In this document: positions 15,675 through 24,738 of the stretch, piece after piece | How positions within the stretch are numbered: the first letter of the stretch is position 1 | Layout: the number at the start of each line of letters is the position of its first letter | Origin: Pseudoalteromonas tetraodonis | GTDB taxonomy: Bacteria; Pseudomonadota; Gammaproteobacteria; Enterobacterales; Alteromonadaceae | Assembly (NCBI RefSeq): GCF_002310835.1 | Contig: NZ_CP011041.1 | Span: 3,330,001-3,362,000, forward strand | DNA: 32,000 nucleotides | Direction: 5' to 3' | Notes under the pieces: generated by a model | The model's input: the letters and a program-made list of their open reading frames with translations, nothing else | Databases searched by the model: none | Told to the model about the DNA's origin: nothing | Program-made: the position numbers and the translations under genes

Positions 15675-16349
15675 ATGAAAACAGTAATTAAAGCAAATAA
15701 TCAATACACAGCGAAGGTTATTGGTAATCACTTTGGGCTTGAATCACACGTAGTGAACAGCCTATTGATGAGTGTTGGCTACATTACAAAAGCGGCAGAA
15801 GGACATGGTTATTACTTAACAGAACTAGGCTTTAATAAAGGTGGCGAGCAGATCAGTGACACGATTAAGAATATCTCATCGGTAAGATGGCCAGAACCTA
15901 TTCTTAATGATCAGTTATTAATGTCAGCCATCGTTAACGTTAAAAATTCAGCAAAAAACGTTAAGGCCCCTACAGCAGGCGATACTACACTCGATTTCAG
16001 GAAAAAATACCCTGCCAATATCCGTACAACAGACGGACACTATGTAAGGTCAAAAGCCGAAGCATTAATTGATGACTTTTTATTTAACAACGGCATCGTA
16101 CATGCTTACGAGAAAAAGCTGCCTGTTAAGGAAGATTTATTTTGTGATTTCTATTTGCCTCAAGGCAAAGTATGGATTGAGTATTGGGGCTATGAAAACA
16201 AGCCGGAATATTTAGATAGAAAGAAGAAAAAACAGGCAATCTACAAAAAATATGGTGTCAATTTAATTGAGTTAACCGATATGGATATTCAGAACTTAGA
16301 TGACGTGTTGCCTCAAAAACTATTAGCGTTTGGTATCCAACTTTTTTAG
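15675..16349 (+). CDS. Hypothetical protein with a C-terminal PD-(D/E)xK (restriction-endonuclease-like) fold motif
   Basis: 224 aa. The C-terminal half reads RSKAEALIDDFLFNNGIVHAYEKKL...CDFYLPQGKVWIEYWG...YLDRKKKKQAIYKKYGVNLIELT. This is the S.E..i...L...gi.y.yE ... DFyl.....iEy.G ... K...Y pattern of nuclease domains attached to some helicases and restriction enzymes. The assignment rests on motifs only. Confidence 0.5.
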   Translation: MKTVIKANNQYTAKVIGNHFGLESHVVNSLLMSVGYITKAAEGHGYYLTELGFNKGGEQISDTIKNISSVRWPEPILNDQLLMSAIVNVKNSAKNVKAPTAGDTTLDFRKKYPANIRTTDGHYVRSKAEALIDDFLFNNGIVHAYEKKLPVKEDLFCDFYLPQGKVWIEYWGYENKPEYLDRKKKKQAIYKKYGVNLIELTDMDIQNLDDVLPQKLLAFGIQLF

Positions 16350-16387
16350 GCTGAGCACAATATTAATGTATAAGAGGAGAGTTTATA

Positions 16388-16791
16388 TGAGTAACGAAAA
16401 AGTCAGTGCGTGCGAGTTAACACAATTACCTGAAGAAGAACAAATTAAACTGATTAAAGCTTGGTTTTTAAAGTACTTTCATTGCCCAAGTGAAACTTGT
16501 TTTAGAGATGATGATACTGGCGGCTGGGTCTTTTTTAGTGGCCCTTGGGAGCAAGCCTCTGTATTAGAAAAGTATTTTGGCGAATATGTAGACCAGAACA
16601 TTATCAATCGCATTTCAGAAGAACTAAATGATCACGCCAGTGAATGGAATTCCGAATATGAAGCTCATGAAATCGATGATTTTTTATTGCCAATTGATTT
16701 AACGGTAAATAAAGCAACTCCAAAGATAGACACGCTATTAACTGCTGATTGCGTCATCAGCGAGTTCCTTGAACCAGAGGACGTTTTTTAA
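16388..16791 (+). CDS. Hypothetical acidic protein (134 aa)
   Basis: The ATG at 16388 is preceded by a strong SD (AGGAGAG). The track's upstream TTG extension (16330) overlaps the previous gene and is less likely. No motif recognised. Confidence 0.45.
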
Positions 16792-16927
16792 GGCTGTACT
16801 TTAACATTATTAACCTCATACAAAACACAAGGGCACACAGATCAATATTTTACAAAATAAAACATTCATCCAAAATGAATGTGGAAATGACTTTGTTATA
16901 GGTGACATCCACGGTAACTTAGATGCC

Positions 16928-17527
16928 TTGTTTGCATTATTGGAAAATGACTCGTTTAATTTCGACCACGATAGGCTATTCGCATTAGGTGATATCATAG
17001 ACAGAGGCGATAACTCCGAGGGATGTTTAGCTTTATTAAATGAGCCTTGGTTCTTTTCAGTGCTTGGCAATCATGAGGCCATGTTTTTAGAGTTATGTGA
17101 AAATGATAACTCTACATTATTGAATAAGAATATTGGTAATCAATGGCTGGAAAAATGGCTTAAACAAAAAGACCAATTAGTGCAATGGGCGCATGCTATT
17201 CAGCACAAAATGCCATTAACCATAACATTGGATTTCCATGGCTTCACAATAGGGCTTGTTCATGCAAAAGCACCAGAGCGCTGGCCAACACAAGCTGAAA
17301 AACGAGTATCATTAGCACAGCATAATGAAGAAATCTGGGATAGAACAGAATTTTATAACCGAACAGGGTTAACACCTTATCGAGGTACCGACATAGCCCT
17401 AATGGGGCATAACCCGGTTAGAAAGGTGACCTTACACGGAAACCGTATTTGGTTGGATACCCACCATACCTCTGGCCACCTCTCAATCGTCAAAGTAAGC
17501 CAGTTAGTAGAATTATTTAGGAAGTAG
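16928..17527 (+). CDS. PPP-family (lambda phosphatase/PrpA-PrpB-like) Ser/Thr protein phosphatase; the 5' end is problematic
   Basis: Motifs are GDIIDRGD (from 16988), GNHE (17066-17077), GLVHA and MGHNP. Catalytic motif I, GDIHGN, is encoded in the same frame at 16901-16918, upstream of the first ATG/GTG/TTG (16928). The frame is open back to 16814 but holds no canonical start codon. The stop is 1 nt before the kinase gene start. Confidence 0.7.
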   Translation: MFALLENDSFNFDHDRLFALGDIIDRGDNSEGCLALLNEPWFFSVLGNHEAMFLELCENDNSTLLNKNIGNQWLEKWLKQKDQLVQWAHAIQHKMPLTITLDFHGFTIGLVHAKAPERWPTQAEKRVSLAQHNEEIWDRTEFYNRTGLTPYRGTDIALMGHNPVRKVTLHGNRIWLDTHHTSGHLSIVKVSQLVELFRK

Positions 17528-17528
17528 T

Positions 17529-20500
17529 ATGAGCAGCAGTCAATTTAGTCAAAGTGAACTTGAGCTTCAAAAAGGATTTATAGAAAAGGCCAAAAGGGTT
17601 TTTGAGGTCATCAAAAGCGTTGCGCGATTTAAAACTTCTGACTCTGATGTAACTGCTAATGAGCTAAAAAATACATACGCTTATCTGTGCCAAGAATATA
17701 ATACTTATATAGCCTATCAACAAAACTGTTTACAGCTTTGTGATTTTATTTTGAAGTGGCTATGTGAGCCCGAGCAGTTTCAACAAGAGTTCAACTCGAA
17801 AGACGTTAAAGTCGATAGCTTTTTAAATAACGTTAAGGTAAATGGGCAGTATTTAAAAGCTGAGATCTACAATTTTATGGCGCTGTTGGAAACAGAAAAC
17901 GTTGGGGGCACCAAGTCGACACATAACTGGTCTCAACAAGTTAGAGTGCTTGAAAGGCACAGTAGTGACTTTAAATTATTCCTTGCTGATAAGCACTTAC
18001 ATGCTTTCCCCGATCTAATTGAATTAGACCGCAATGTATTGTTGTTAGGTTTTTTACGTTACTGTATTAATGATGGTCGCACAATTTTAGAAGAAAGCTT
18101 TCATCATTCAGTGAACAATGATGATGCAGAGCGGCCCGACCGTTTCAGTAAAATTTTGACGGCAAAACACTGGAGGGAGTCTTTTTCCAATAATAAAAAG
18201 TTGTTCAATAGACTCATTTTACGGGTTTGCGGTCTGCACCAAATAGAGTTTGCCTCACTTAAAAATTCCCGATTGAAATTCTTCGCCAAATTAGATGCAT
18301 TGGATAATGACTTAACCGCTTTTATGAACGACTTCTCTGACATCCTGGGCATTCGTTACTATCAAGATAAATTAAAAATCGACTCCGATGACATCGTTTG
18401 GAATTGGTTTAAGAAGGAAAAATTTTTAGATTTACTTGGCTTATTTGAAAAAGAGAAAGTCTACCTGCAACTAATTGAATTGGAACCGGAAAGTTCAGAT
18501 TTTTTACCTCTGGAAAAACAAGCGCTGGGGACAAGGTTAGGCTTGCCATTCAAGTCAGATGAAATTGACCAGGAAAAGTTGTGGATGATCGTTGGTGAGC
18601 CAAACACCGCTTACTTAAGAGTGCTAATTGATTTAGCAAGGCTCGCGGACAATTTTGATGAATTTAAAATGTTAGTGGTAAAGGAATTTGAGCCAACGTT
18701 CACAATTTCAACGAAGGAAAATAAAACAACCAAATTTGAGGAAAAAGCAAAAGAGTTAAAGCAAAAAGCTTTGGAGCAACTGCTTAAACCTTCAATGGAA
18801 ATGGGAGAAGGTAATTATAATAAAACGCAGTTATCTCAATCCTTCTTTCAACTGTTTGGCAAGTCAAAAAAACAACGCTCAAGTTTTGTTAATTTGTATA
18901 TAAAATACGTGGATCAAACCTATTGTTTGGACAGCGACAGATATCAAGCCAAAGCCTTTCCAGGCAAGAGTGATTTAAAAATTTTATTAAACGAAGTAGA
19001 CGAGGTGTCTTTTTCCAATAGTCACTTTGCTGAATGTTTCAGCGGCTATTTAGCAATCAACTCTCAAATGGGAGCCGTTGTCCGAGACTTGCACGATTAC
19101 ATCGAACGAGACAACCAGTCATTGTTAATCAAGCATTCGCTAGACGCCATGATGGAAAGCTTTAATCAGCCAGGTAATGCGACTAAGACCCTAACGGAAA
19201 TAATTAGTCTTATTGATGAGAAAGTTAGCAATGAAACTTTTTCTCAAAATGAAAACGAGGACGATTTTGTTTCATTTAAAGACTTATCAGGCTTTTCTAC
19301 AGAGCACACAAATTTTATCCCCTCTGACACTACTTTCGTTGTTGTTTATCGCTTAAATGTTTTATTGCGATTGATGATTAACACGGCAATTTCTGAAGAA
19401 ACTCCGTCTATTAACGCGCTAATTGAGCAAAGCTTGCAAGAAGAGTTTGAGTGTACTTACCGAGCTTGTTTTATCCGTCAGTCGATATTCGAAGAATTAA
19501 GCGCTAAAAATAGAAAAAAGGCGTTACAAGGTTATCGCACTTATCGAGATCAACAAATTGAGCTTGCTAAGATTTATGTCACTGTGAAACTCGCCATTAG
19601 TGGCAAGCCAGACACTGATCGGGCTTTACTAGATGCGACTAAATCATTAGCCAAAACCTATTTTAAAACCACAGGAAAACCTAATGATGTAAAGGCATTA
19701 ACTAAAATGCTGGATAAGGAGGATAATGTTAAAAAGATATTTGGCGAACCATTTTCACGCATTCAAATCCACCTTGAACAGCTCCTTTATTTGTTAGAGG
19801 AGAACGGTTCTGTTTTATCATCTGACTTCTTAACTAAAGAGTCTTTGGGGAAATTATTCGACCCAGGAAGTGATGACATTGATAGTCTCAAATATTTGCT
19901 GTTTTCATCCAACGTGATTGAATCTGTATGGAATGAATTAGTCACCATTGATGACGATTTATTCTTCGCTGTTTTAGTTTCGAGAATGTTAGATAAAACG
20001 TCTCCAAAAATTTCTGAACGAAATAATGTTCCTCACTATTTCTCGGGTTCACACAAAAACAGCATTTTAAAACAAATTACAAATTTCGATTATGAAAGCC
20101 TGCTTTTTCCCGCAACTGACGAACAACACGAAGTATTGAATACGAAGTTAGACACGCTTAAGAAGCTTCGAAAATTTAATGACGAGCGATTTGAAATTCA
20201 AAATATAAACCCTAATTTATCGGAAAAACTTGGAACTGGGGCCTTTGGTGTTGTTTATCTATGCAGAGACAAATTATTACAGACCGATGTAGCAATAAAG
20301 CTTATTCCTACTTGGGGTGACGATGAACGGATTAAAAAAAAGCTAATATCAGAAGCAGCTATAATGAGGCAATGCCAAGGCGAACACGTAGTTACAGTGT
20401 TTGACTTACATAAGTTCAATACCCGTCACTTTGAGTTCAATAATGGCTGCGTGGAAAGTGAAATCCAACGTCTTAATGATGACACAGTTTTTGGTATCGT

Positions 20501-22217
20501 CATGGAGTATGTTGAAGGAGCCGAAACACTTGAAACATTTTCTAAATCAAAAGAGTTTGGCTCGTTCAACCTTAACGAAAAGTTAGAACTTTTTCTTCAG
20601 ATATGTGGCGGTGTTGAGCAAGCTCATAATTTGCCATCTCCCATTATTCATGCCGATATTAAGCCATCAAATGTCTTGATAGACAAAAGAGCAGGTGCGG
20701 CAGTTCCTAAGCTAACGGATTTTGGAATAGCCAGTAAGACGGGCGCTTATTTGGGAGCCAGTTCAGGGGAGGTGTATTCGTCGCCTAATATATTAAATGG
20801 AGGGAAAGCCTGCATTAAAGACGACATTTACAGCTTAGGAATGCTTCTTCTTTACATTCTTTATCCCAAAATTATAGAGGCAGTGCAAAGTAATGTGTCG
20901 GACTGGGAAATTAAAGATAAGTTAATTGAGCTACTTTTCTGGGTTGTTAAAACAGAGCAGGAAAATATAGACGATTGTAAAGATGGTTATGAATCGTTCA
21001 TTCTTAAACACCTTGTCTCTAAAGACCTTCTTAGTCGGTTATCGTGCTTTTCCGAAGTTATAACAACATTGTTTGACTATCAATATAAACTGTCGGATGA
21101 CTCTTTATCACCGATTAAGTCTATTTTGTCATCGTTGATTGGAAATAGAGATATAAGTGAGTTTGACTGTGTAGACACTGAAGCAAGATTTAGTTCCTCT
21201 GTTGCTCCACATGGCAGTGTTCGCGAATTCTCTTTCCAGATTGGAATCTGCAAGAGCCTGGGAGTTGTCGATACAAAAACCGTCGCAACGTATGGCGGTA
21301 GAGTTTTGACTTTGGAAAGTTATAACGCTATCCCGAAGTGTGATCTCATTAAGGCCGCAAGGCTCTCAAATTATCAAAGGCCTGAATTGGAACTATTTTG
21401 CGCCATAGCTGCTGACACGTCTAAGCAAAGAAAGAGAACTTACTTAGGGCGTTTATGGGACTTTGAAAGCGGCTCAAAAGGCAAGGTATTTGGATTCGAA
21501 TCGCCTGGCTTTGTTCACGCTGAAATGCTCGAACGGACTTATATTTTTGACATGGAGTTAATTGCAGCTATAAAAAAAATCCATTACTCAGAGTTTAGCG
21601 TGGAAGAATTTTACAATGTCCTCAGTAAGTTAGCTATACGGGATCGGTTAGAAGAGTTTGACCCCATCGAGCTACCAGTCAACTTGGAATCTTTTTTAAG
21701 GAAATGCACATTAACAAACAGACTTTGCTCGAAAGCATATTCCGAGCTGAGGATTTGTTTTAAGGCCTTGACTGAGCAATGTATGTCAAAATCATTTATG
21801 AATGGGGTGAAAGTTATTAACTCGCTCTCTGTCGGTAGTTTGAAAGCGCTAAGGCTGAGCTTTGAGCAATCGAATAACGCTGAAGGAATGTTGGAGTTAC
21901 TTGTCGCCGATGGGCTACATGATTGGAATGGAGAAGGTGTCGAAAAGGTCGTCAATATTGTTTATGGCGATGAATACGGATTAGTGGGGTGGTTCTTGTC
22001 CCATGGACGCAACATGGAAGAGTGGGAGTTACTCATTGGGGCCATGGCAATCGCTGAAGAGTCATCCACTTATATAAGTATCATAACCCAAACCATAGAG
22101 AAGTTTTTAGTGAGTGAAGCATATGAAAAACTTGCAGTTGAACTAAAAGAGCTCGGTTTTTTGGTAAACGCCCACAAGCAGATAAGTGACAATAATGTTT
22201 TGGCTCGTTTATTCTAA
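17529..22217 (+). CDS. Giant (1562 aa) protein with a central Hanks-type Ser/Thr protein kinase domain and large uncharacterised N- and C-terminal regions
   Basis: The kinase subdomains are intact. They are LGTGAFGVV (res 901-908, nt 20229-20252), VAIK (K924), HADIKPSN (res 1041-1048), DFG (res 1064-1066) and DIYSLGMLL. About 890 aa upstream and about 420 aa downstream of the kinase carry no motif I recognise. Confidence 0.85.
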   Translation: MSSSQFSQSELELQKGFIEKAKRVFEVIKSVARFKTSDSDVTANELKNTYAYLCQEYNTYIAYQQNCLQLCDFILKWLCEPEQFQQEFNSKDVKVDSFLNNVKVNGQYLKAEIYNFMALLETENVGGTKSTHNWSQQVRVLERHSSDFKLFLADKHLHAFPDLIELDRNVLLLGFLRYCINDGRTILEESFHHSVNNDDAERPDRFSKILTAKHWRESFSNNKKLFNRLILRVCGLHQIEFASLKNSRLKFFAKLDALDNDLTAFMNDFSDILGIRYYQDKLKIDSDDIVWNWFKKEKFLDLLGLFEKEKVYLQLIELEPESSDFLPLEKQALGTRLGLPFKSDEIDQEKLWMIVGEPNTAYLRVLIDLARLADNFDEFKMLVVKEFEPTFTISTKENKTTKFEEKAKELKQKALEQLLKPSMEMGEGNYNKTQLSQSFFQLFGKSKKQRSSFVNLYIKYVDQTYCLDSDRYQAKAFPGKSDLKILLNEVDEVSFSNSHFAECFSGYLAINSQMGAVVRDLHDYIERDNQSLLIKHSLDAMMESFNQPGNATKTLTEIISLIDEKVSNETFSQNENEDDFVSFKDLSGFSTEHTNFIPSDTTFVVVYRLNVLLRLMINTAISEETPSINALIEQSLQEEFECTYRACFIRQSIFEELSAKNRKKALQGYRTYRDQQIELAKIYVTVKLAISGKPDTDRALLDATKSLAKTYFKTTGKPNDVKALTKMLDKEDNVKKIFGEPFSRIQIHLEQLLYLLEENGSVLSSDFLTKESLGKLFDPGSDDIDSLKYLLFSSNVIESVWNELVTIDDDLFFAVLVSRMLDKTSPKISERNNVPHYFSGSHKNSILKQITNFDYESLLFPATDEQHEVLNTKLDTLKKLRKFNDERFEIQNINPNLSEKLGTGAFGVVYLCRDKLLQTDVAIKLIPTWGDDERIKKKLISEAAIMRQCQGEHVVTVFDLHKFNTRHFEFNNGCVESEIQRLNDDTVFGIVMEYVEGAETLETFSKSKEFGSFNLNEKLELFLQICGGVEQAHNLPSPIIHADIKPSNVLIDKRAGAAVPKLTDFGIASKTGAYLGASSGEVYSSPNILNGGKACIKDDIYSLGMLLLYILYPKIIEAVQSNVSDWEIKDKLIELLFWVVKTEQENIDDCKDGYESFILKHLVSKDLLSRLSCFSEVITTLFDYQYKLSDDSLSPIKSILSSLIGNRDISEFDCVDTEARFSSSVAPHGSVREFSFQIGICKSLGVVDTKTVATYGGRVLTLESYNAIPKCDLIKAARLSNYQRPELELFCAIAADTSKQRKRTYLGRLWDFESGSKGKVFGFESPGFVHAEMLERTYIFDMELIAAIKKIHYSEFSVEEFYNVLSKLAIRDRLEEFDPIELPVNLESFLRKCTLTNRLCSKAYSELRICFKALTEQCMSKSFMNGVKVINSLSVGSLKALRLSFEQSNNAEGMLELLVADGLHDWNGEGVEKVVNIVYGDEYGLVGWFLSHGRNMEEWELLIGAMAIAEESSTYISIITQTIEKFLVSEAYEKLAVELKELGFLVNAHKQISDNNVLARLF

Positions 22218-22298
22218 GTCGACGTGATTTTTAATTTGTTACAAACCAAACTGCAATAACTATTGATTTAATGATGCCCAACAACCAGGAGTTGGTGG

Positions 22299-23087
22299 GT
22301 GCATTATATGCGTTATCCCACCTGCTCCTCATTAATGGAGCAGCTTATGAACTACAACAACAATACAAATCAAAACAACGGTGAAGGTGGTGCAGAGTTA
22401 GTCTTTTTACTTATCATTATCGCCGCGGTTTATTACTTTTTCAGCGAGAGTGAGCCAGAAGAAAAGCCTGAGTATATTCTTACGGCTGAGACTCGCATTA
22501 ACCAGCTGAATAAGACTTTAGATTATTATGGCTCATTGCGGAGTCGAGCAACCAGCAATTGTCAGAACTTTGCCACCGAGCTTCACAATAAAGGCCATTT
22601 CAACGTTTATCACTCCACCTTCCATGGCACAAATAGCTTATGGGATTTAAACAAGCATACGGCTTCAAACAAACTTACACCTTTAAGAAGTTGTTCGGTT
22701 AAACAAGTTAACTTCGACCAAAAAGGCACAGCCAATAATTTGGTGATGCTATGTGAAACTGGGGGCGGTGGCTGGACTACCAACCGTGTACTCGCCTCTT
22801 GCGCTATTGATGATGAGTTTAACGTTAGCAAAATTAACGTCTATTCAGGCAAATCGTTTCACATTATGGAAGGCACTGGAACTGGAGGCCCTGGTAATTT
22901 TGCCGGCAAGCTTGTATCAGGCAAGGTGAAGTTTGAGATTTATAAAAATAAGTATATCGATTATGTAAACGACAGCTTTTTGAAAGGTTTAAACAATAGA
23001 AAATCAATGGATGAATTGGTTTCAGATACAAAAAGCAAAATTAGCAAGGCTGAGTGGAATTTAGAGTTCTTGGCCAAAAATGGCTAA
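22299..23087 (+). CDS. Hypothetical single-pass membrane-anchored protein
   Basis: 262 aa, with a GTG start 7 nt after AGGAG. One TM segment (LVFLLIIIAAVYYFF) follows an Asn-rich N-terminus. No catalytic motif recognised. Confidence 0.5.
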   Translation: MHYMRYPTCSSLMEQLMNYNNNTNQNNGEGGAELVFLLIIIAAVYYFFSESEPEEKPEYILTAETRINQLNKTLDYYGSLRSRATSNCQNFATELHNKGHFNVYHSTFHGTNSLWDLNKHTASNKLTPLRSCSVKQVNFDQKGTANNLVMLCETGGGGWTTNRVLASCAIDDEFNVSKINVYSGKSFHIMEGTGTGGPGNFAGKLVSGKVKFEIYKNKYIDYVNDSFLKGLNNRKSMDELVSDTKSKISKAEWNLEFLAKNG

Positions 23088-23139
23088 CTCGCTGGCCACA
23101 CACTAGACACCAAAATTAACTTAAAAAGGATAATATTTT

Positions 23140-23961
23140 ATGAAGAAATTACTTATTGCACTATTTGCATTCACATTAAGCCCTAGCATTGTAAAAGCTG
23201 TAGAAATTGATCCTCAACTCCAATCAGCGCTACGCTCTTTTAAAGCGTTAACTCGATTAGAAATTAAAGGGGTTTCTCGAACACCCACAACAGGCATGTT
23301 CGCATTGTATACTAACAATGGTCCTATGCTGATTAACCACACAGGCCAATTACTTTATTCAAAAGACCAGTCATTTCATGCCGATGTTAAGGGCGCGATT
23401 ACAGGAAAGAAGCACCTAGAAATCAGAGCTGAAGCTCTTTCAGAAATTAACGAAGATAATGTCATCGTCATTAAAAAAGGGAGCGGCTCAAAACGTGTCG
23501 TTGTAAACACCGCCCTAGATTGCCCTTACTGCTTGAAACAAGAAAAGTTACTTGCAGCACAAGATAATTTAGACGTCACACTGCTGTTAGTTCCATCTGT
23601 TTTGGATAAACAGAACTGGCCTATTTTAGAAAAGGTCATGTGCAGTGCTGATAGGGCCGCTGCTTGGCATGATTATATGCTGAACCAAGTTGTTCCACAA
23701 AACAGTGGTAAATGTTATTGGTCTGATAACTTTAGTTTTCTAGGTCAAACCATTTATACATCAACCGTCCTTCGAACATTTGGTACCCCGCAAATGATTT
23801 ACGGAGACGGTAAGGTGCAAAATTTCAGAGAAGAAACTCCGTTAGGCTTAGTACCAACTTTTGGTAAAAATCAGAAAAATCTGTTTGACTCGAAGAGCAT
23901 TAAAACGGCTTATTTTTCTGACGAAGTCTACAAGACTAAGAAGAAACTGTTCAATTGGTAA
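23140..23961 (+). CDS. Periplasmic thiol:disulfide interchange protein, DsbC/DsbG-like
   Basis: 273 aa. Signal peptide (MKKLLIALFAFTLSPSIVKA). Thioredoxin-fold CxxC active site DCPYC (nt 23521-23532) in the C-terminal half. The N-terminal region is the size of the DsbC dimerisation domain. Confidence 0.7.
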   Translation: MKKLLIALFAFTLSPSIVKAVEIDPQLQSALRSFKALTRLEIKGVSRTPTTGMFALYTNNGPMLINHTGQLLYSKDQSFHADVKGAITGKKHLEIRAEALSEINEDNVIVIKKGSGSKRVVVNTALDCPYCLKQEKLLAAQDNLDVTLLLVPSVLDKQNWPILEKVMCSADRAAAWHDYMLNQVVPQNSGKCYWSDNFSFLGQTIYTSTVLRTFGTPQMIYGDGKVQNFREETPLGLVPTFGKNQKNLFDSKSIKTAYFSDEVYKTKKKLFNW

Positions 23962-23973
23962 AAAATATTAGTA

Positions 23974-23998
23974 AAGGGCGGTAAATATGCCGCCTTTT
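23974..23998 (+). terminator. Rho-independent terminator
   Basis: AAGGGCGG-taaatatg-CCGCCTTTT, 13 nt after the DsbC-like stop codon. Confidence 0.5.
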
Positions 23999-24068
23999 CA
24001 GATATAATATTTAAATTAATTCACAAGCGCATGAATTAATTAATTTTATTCTTTTAATAGTAGTACCT

Positions 24069-24596
24069 ATGGATAAACACGACATCACGAATTATTTTTA
24101 TACTATCCCCCCGAACCAATGGCAAGGAATGCTCGGTTTTCGTTACGAAACGGAGTATCACGGTATTAATACACCTGAGAATGTAGAATTTAATCGTCAA
24201 ATGGATGAGTTCGACGACTTTTGTAAGGAAAACAGTCTCAAAATTGAAGATTATCTTCCTTTGTTCGATCTAAAACCAATCATTAAAGCCTTAGGAGTTA
24301 TTTGTCATAATATAAATATCCCAAAAGCGAGCTTTACTCTTGTTGAGTTTCTTAGTTCAATATATGAAAGCTTGCCAAGTAAAGTGTTTGATAGCGAAGG
24401 CATGATTACTTTGGATGAGCTACCCGAATCTTGCTTTTGGCAACAAATAGACGAACACACCAGTGTTCATGTTGAAATTGGTGGTGTGGAGCTAGGATCG
24501 CGTGAGAGTATGAACTCTTACAAGGCTTATGTTTATATACTAAATTCTCAAACTGGGTATATGGAAGAGCTAGTTAAAATCGAAAGAGACGTTTGA
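24069..24596 (+). CDS. Hypothetical acidic protein (175 aa)
   Basis: ORF that follows a terminator and an AT-rich promoter-like region containing a perfect 9-bp inverted repeat. No motif recognised. Confidence 0.45.
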   Translation: MDKHDITNYFYTIPPNQWQGMLGFRYETEYHGINTPENVEFNRQMDEFDDFCKENSLKIEDYLPLFDLKPIIKALGVICHNINIPKASFTLVEFLSSIYESLPSKVFDSEGMITLDELPESCFWQQIDEHTSVHVEIGGVELGSRESMNSYKAYVYILNSQTGYMEELVKIERDV

Positions 24597-24738
24597 TTGT
24601 TAACTTCAATTTAGACAGCCATTATTTGGATAGCTGACAATAGAGGATTTTACATATAAATTTTGAAGTAATTGAAATGTTACAATCTAAACTCCAGAAA
24701 TGCGGTGTTTAATGCTTCTCAAATCGAGGAGCATTTAT

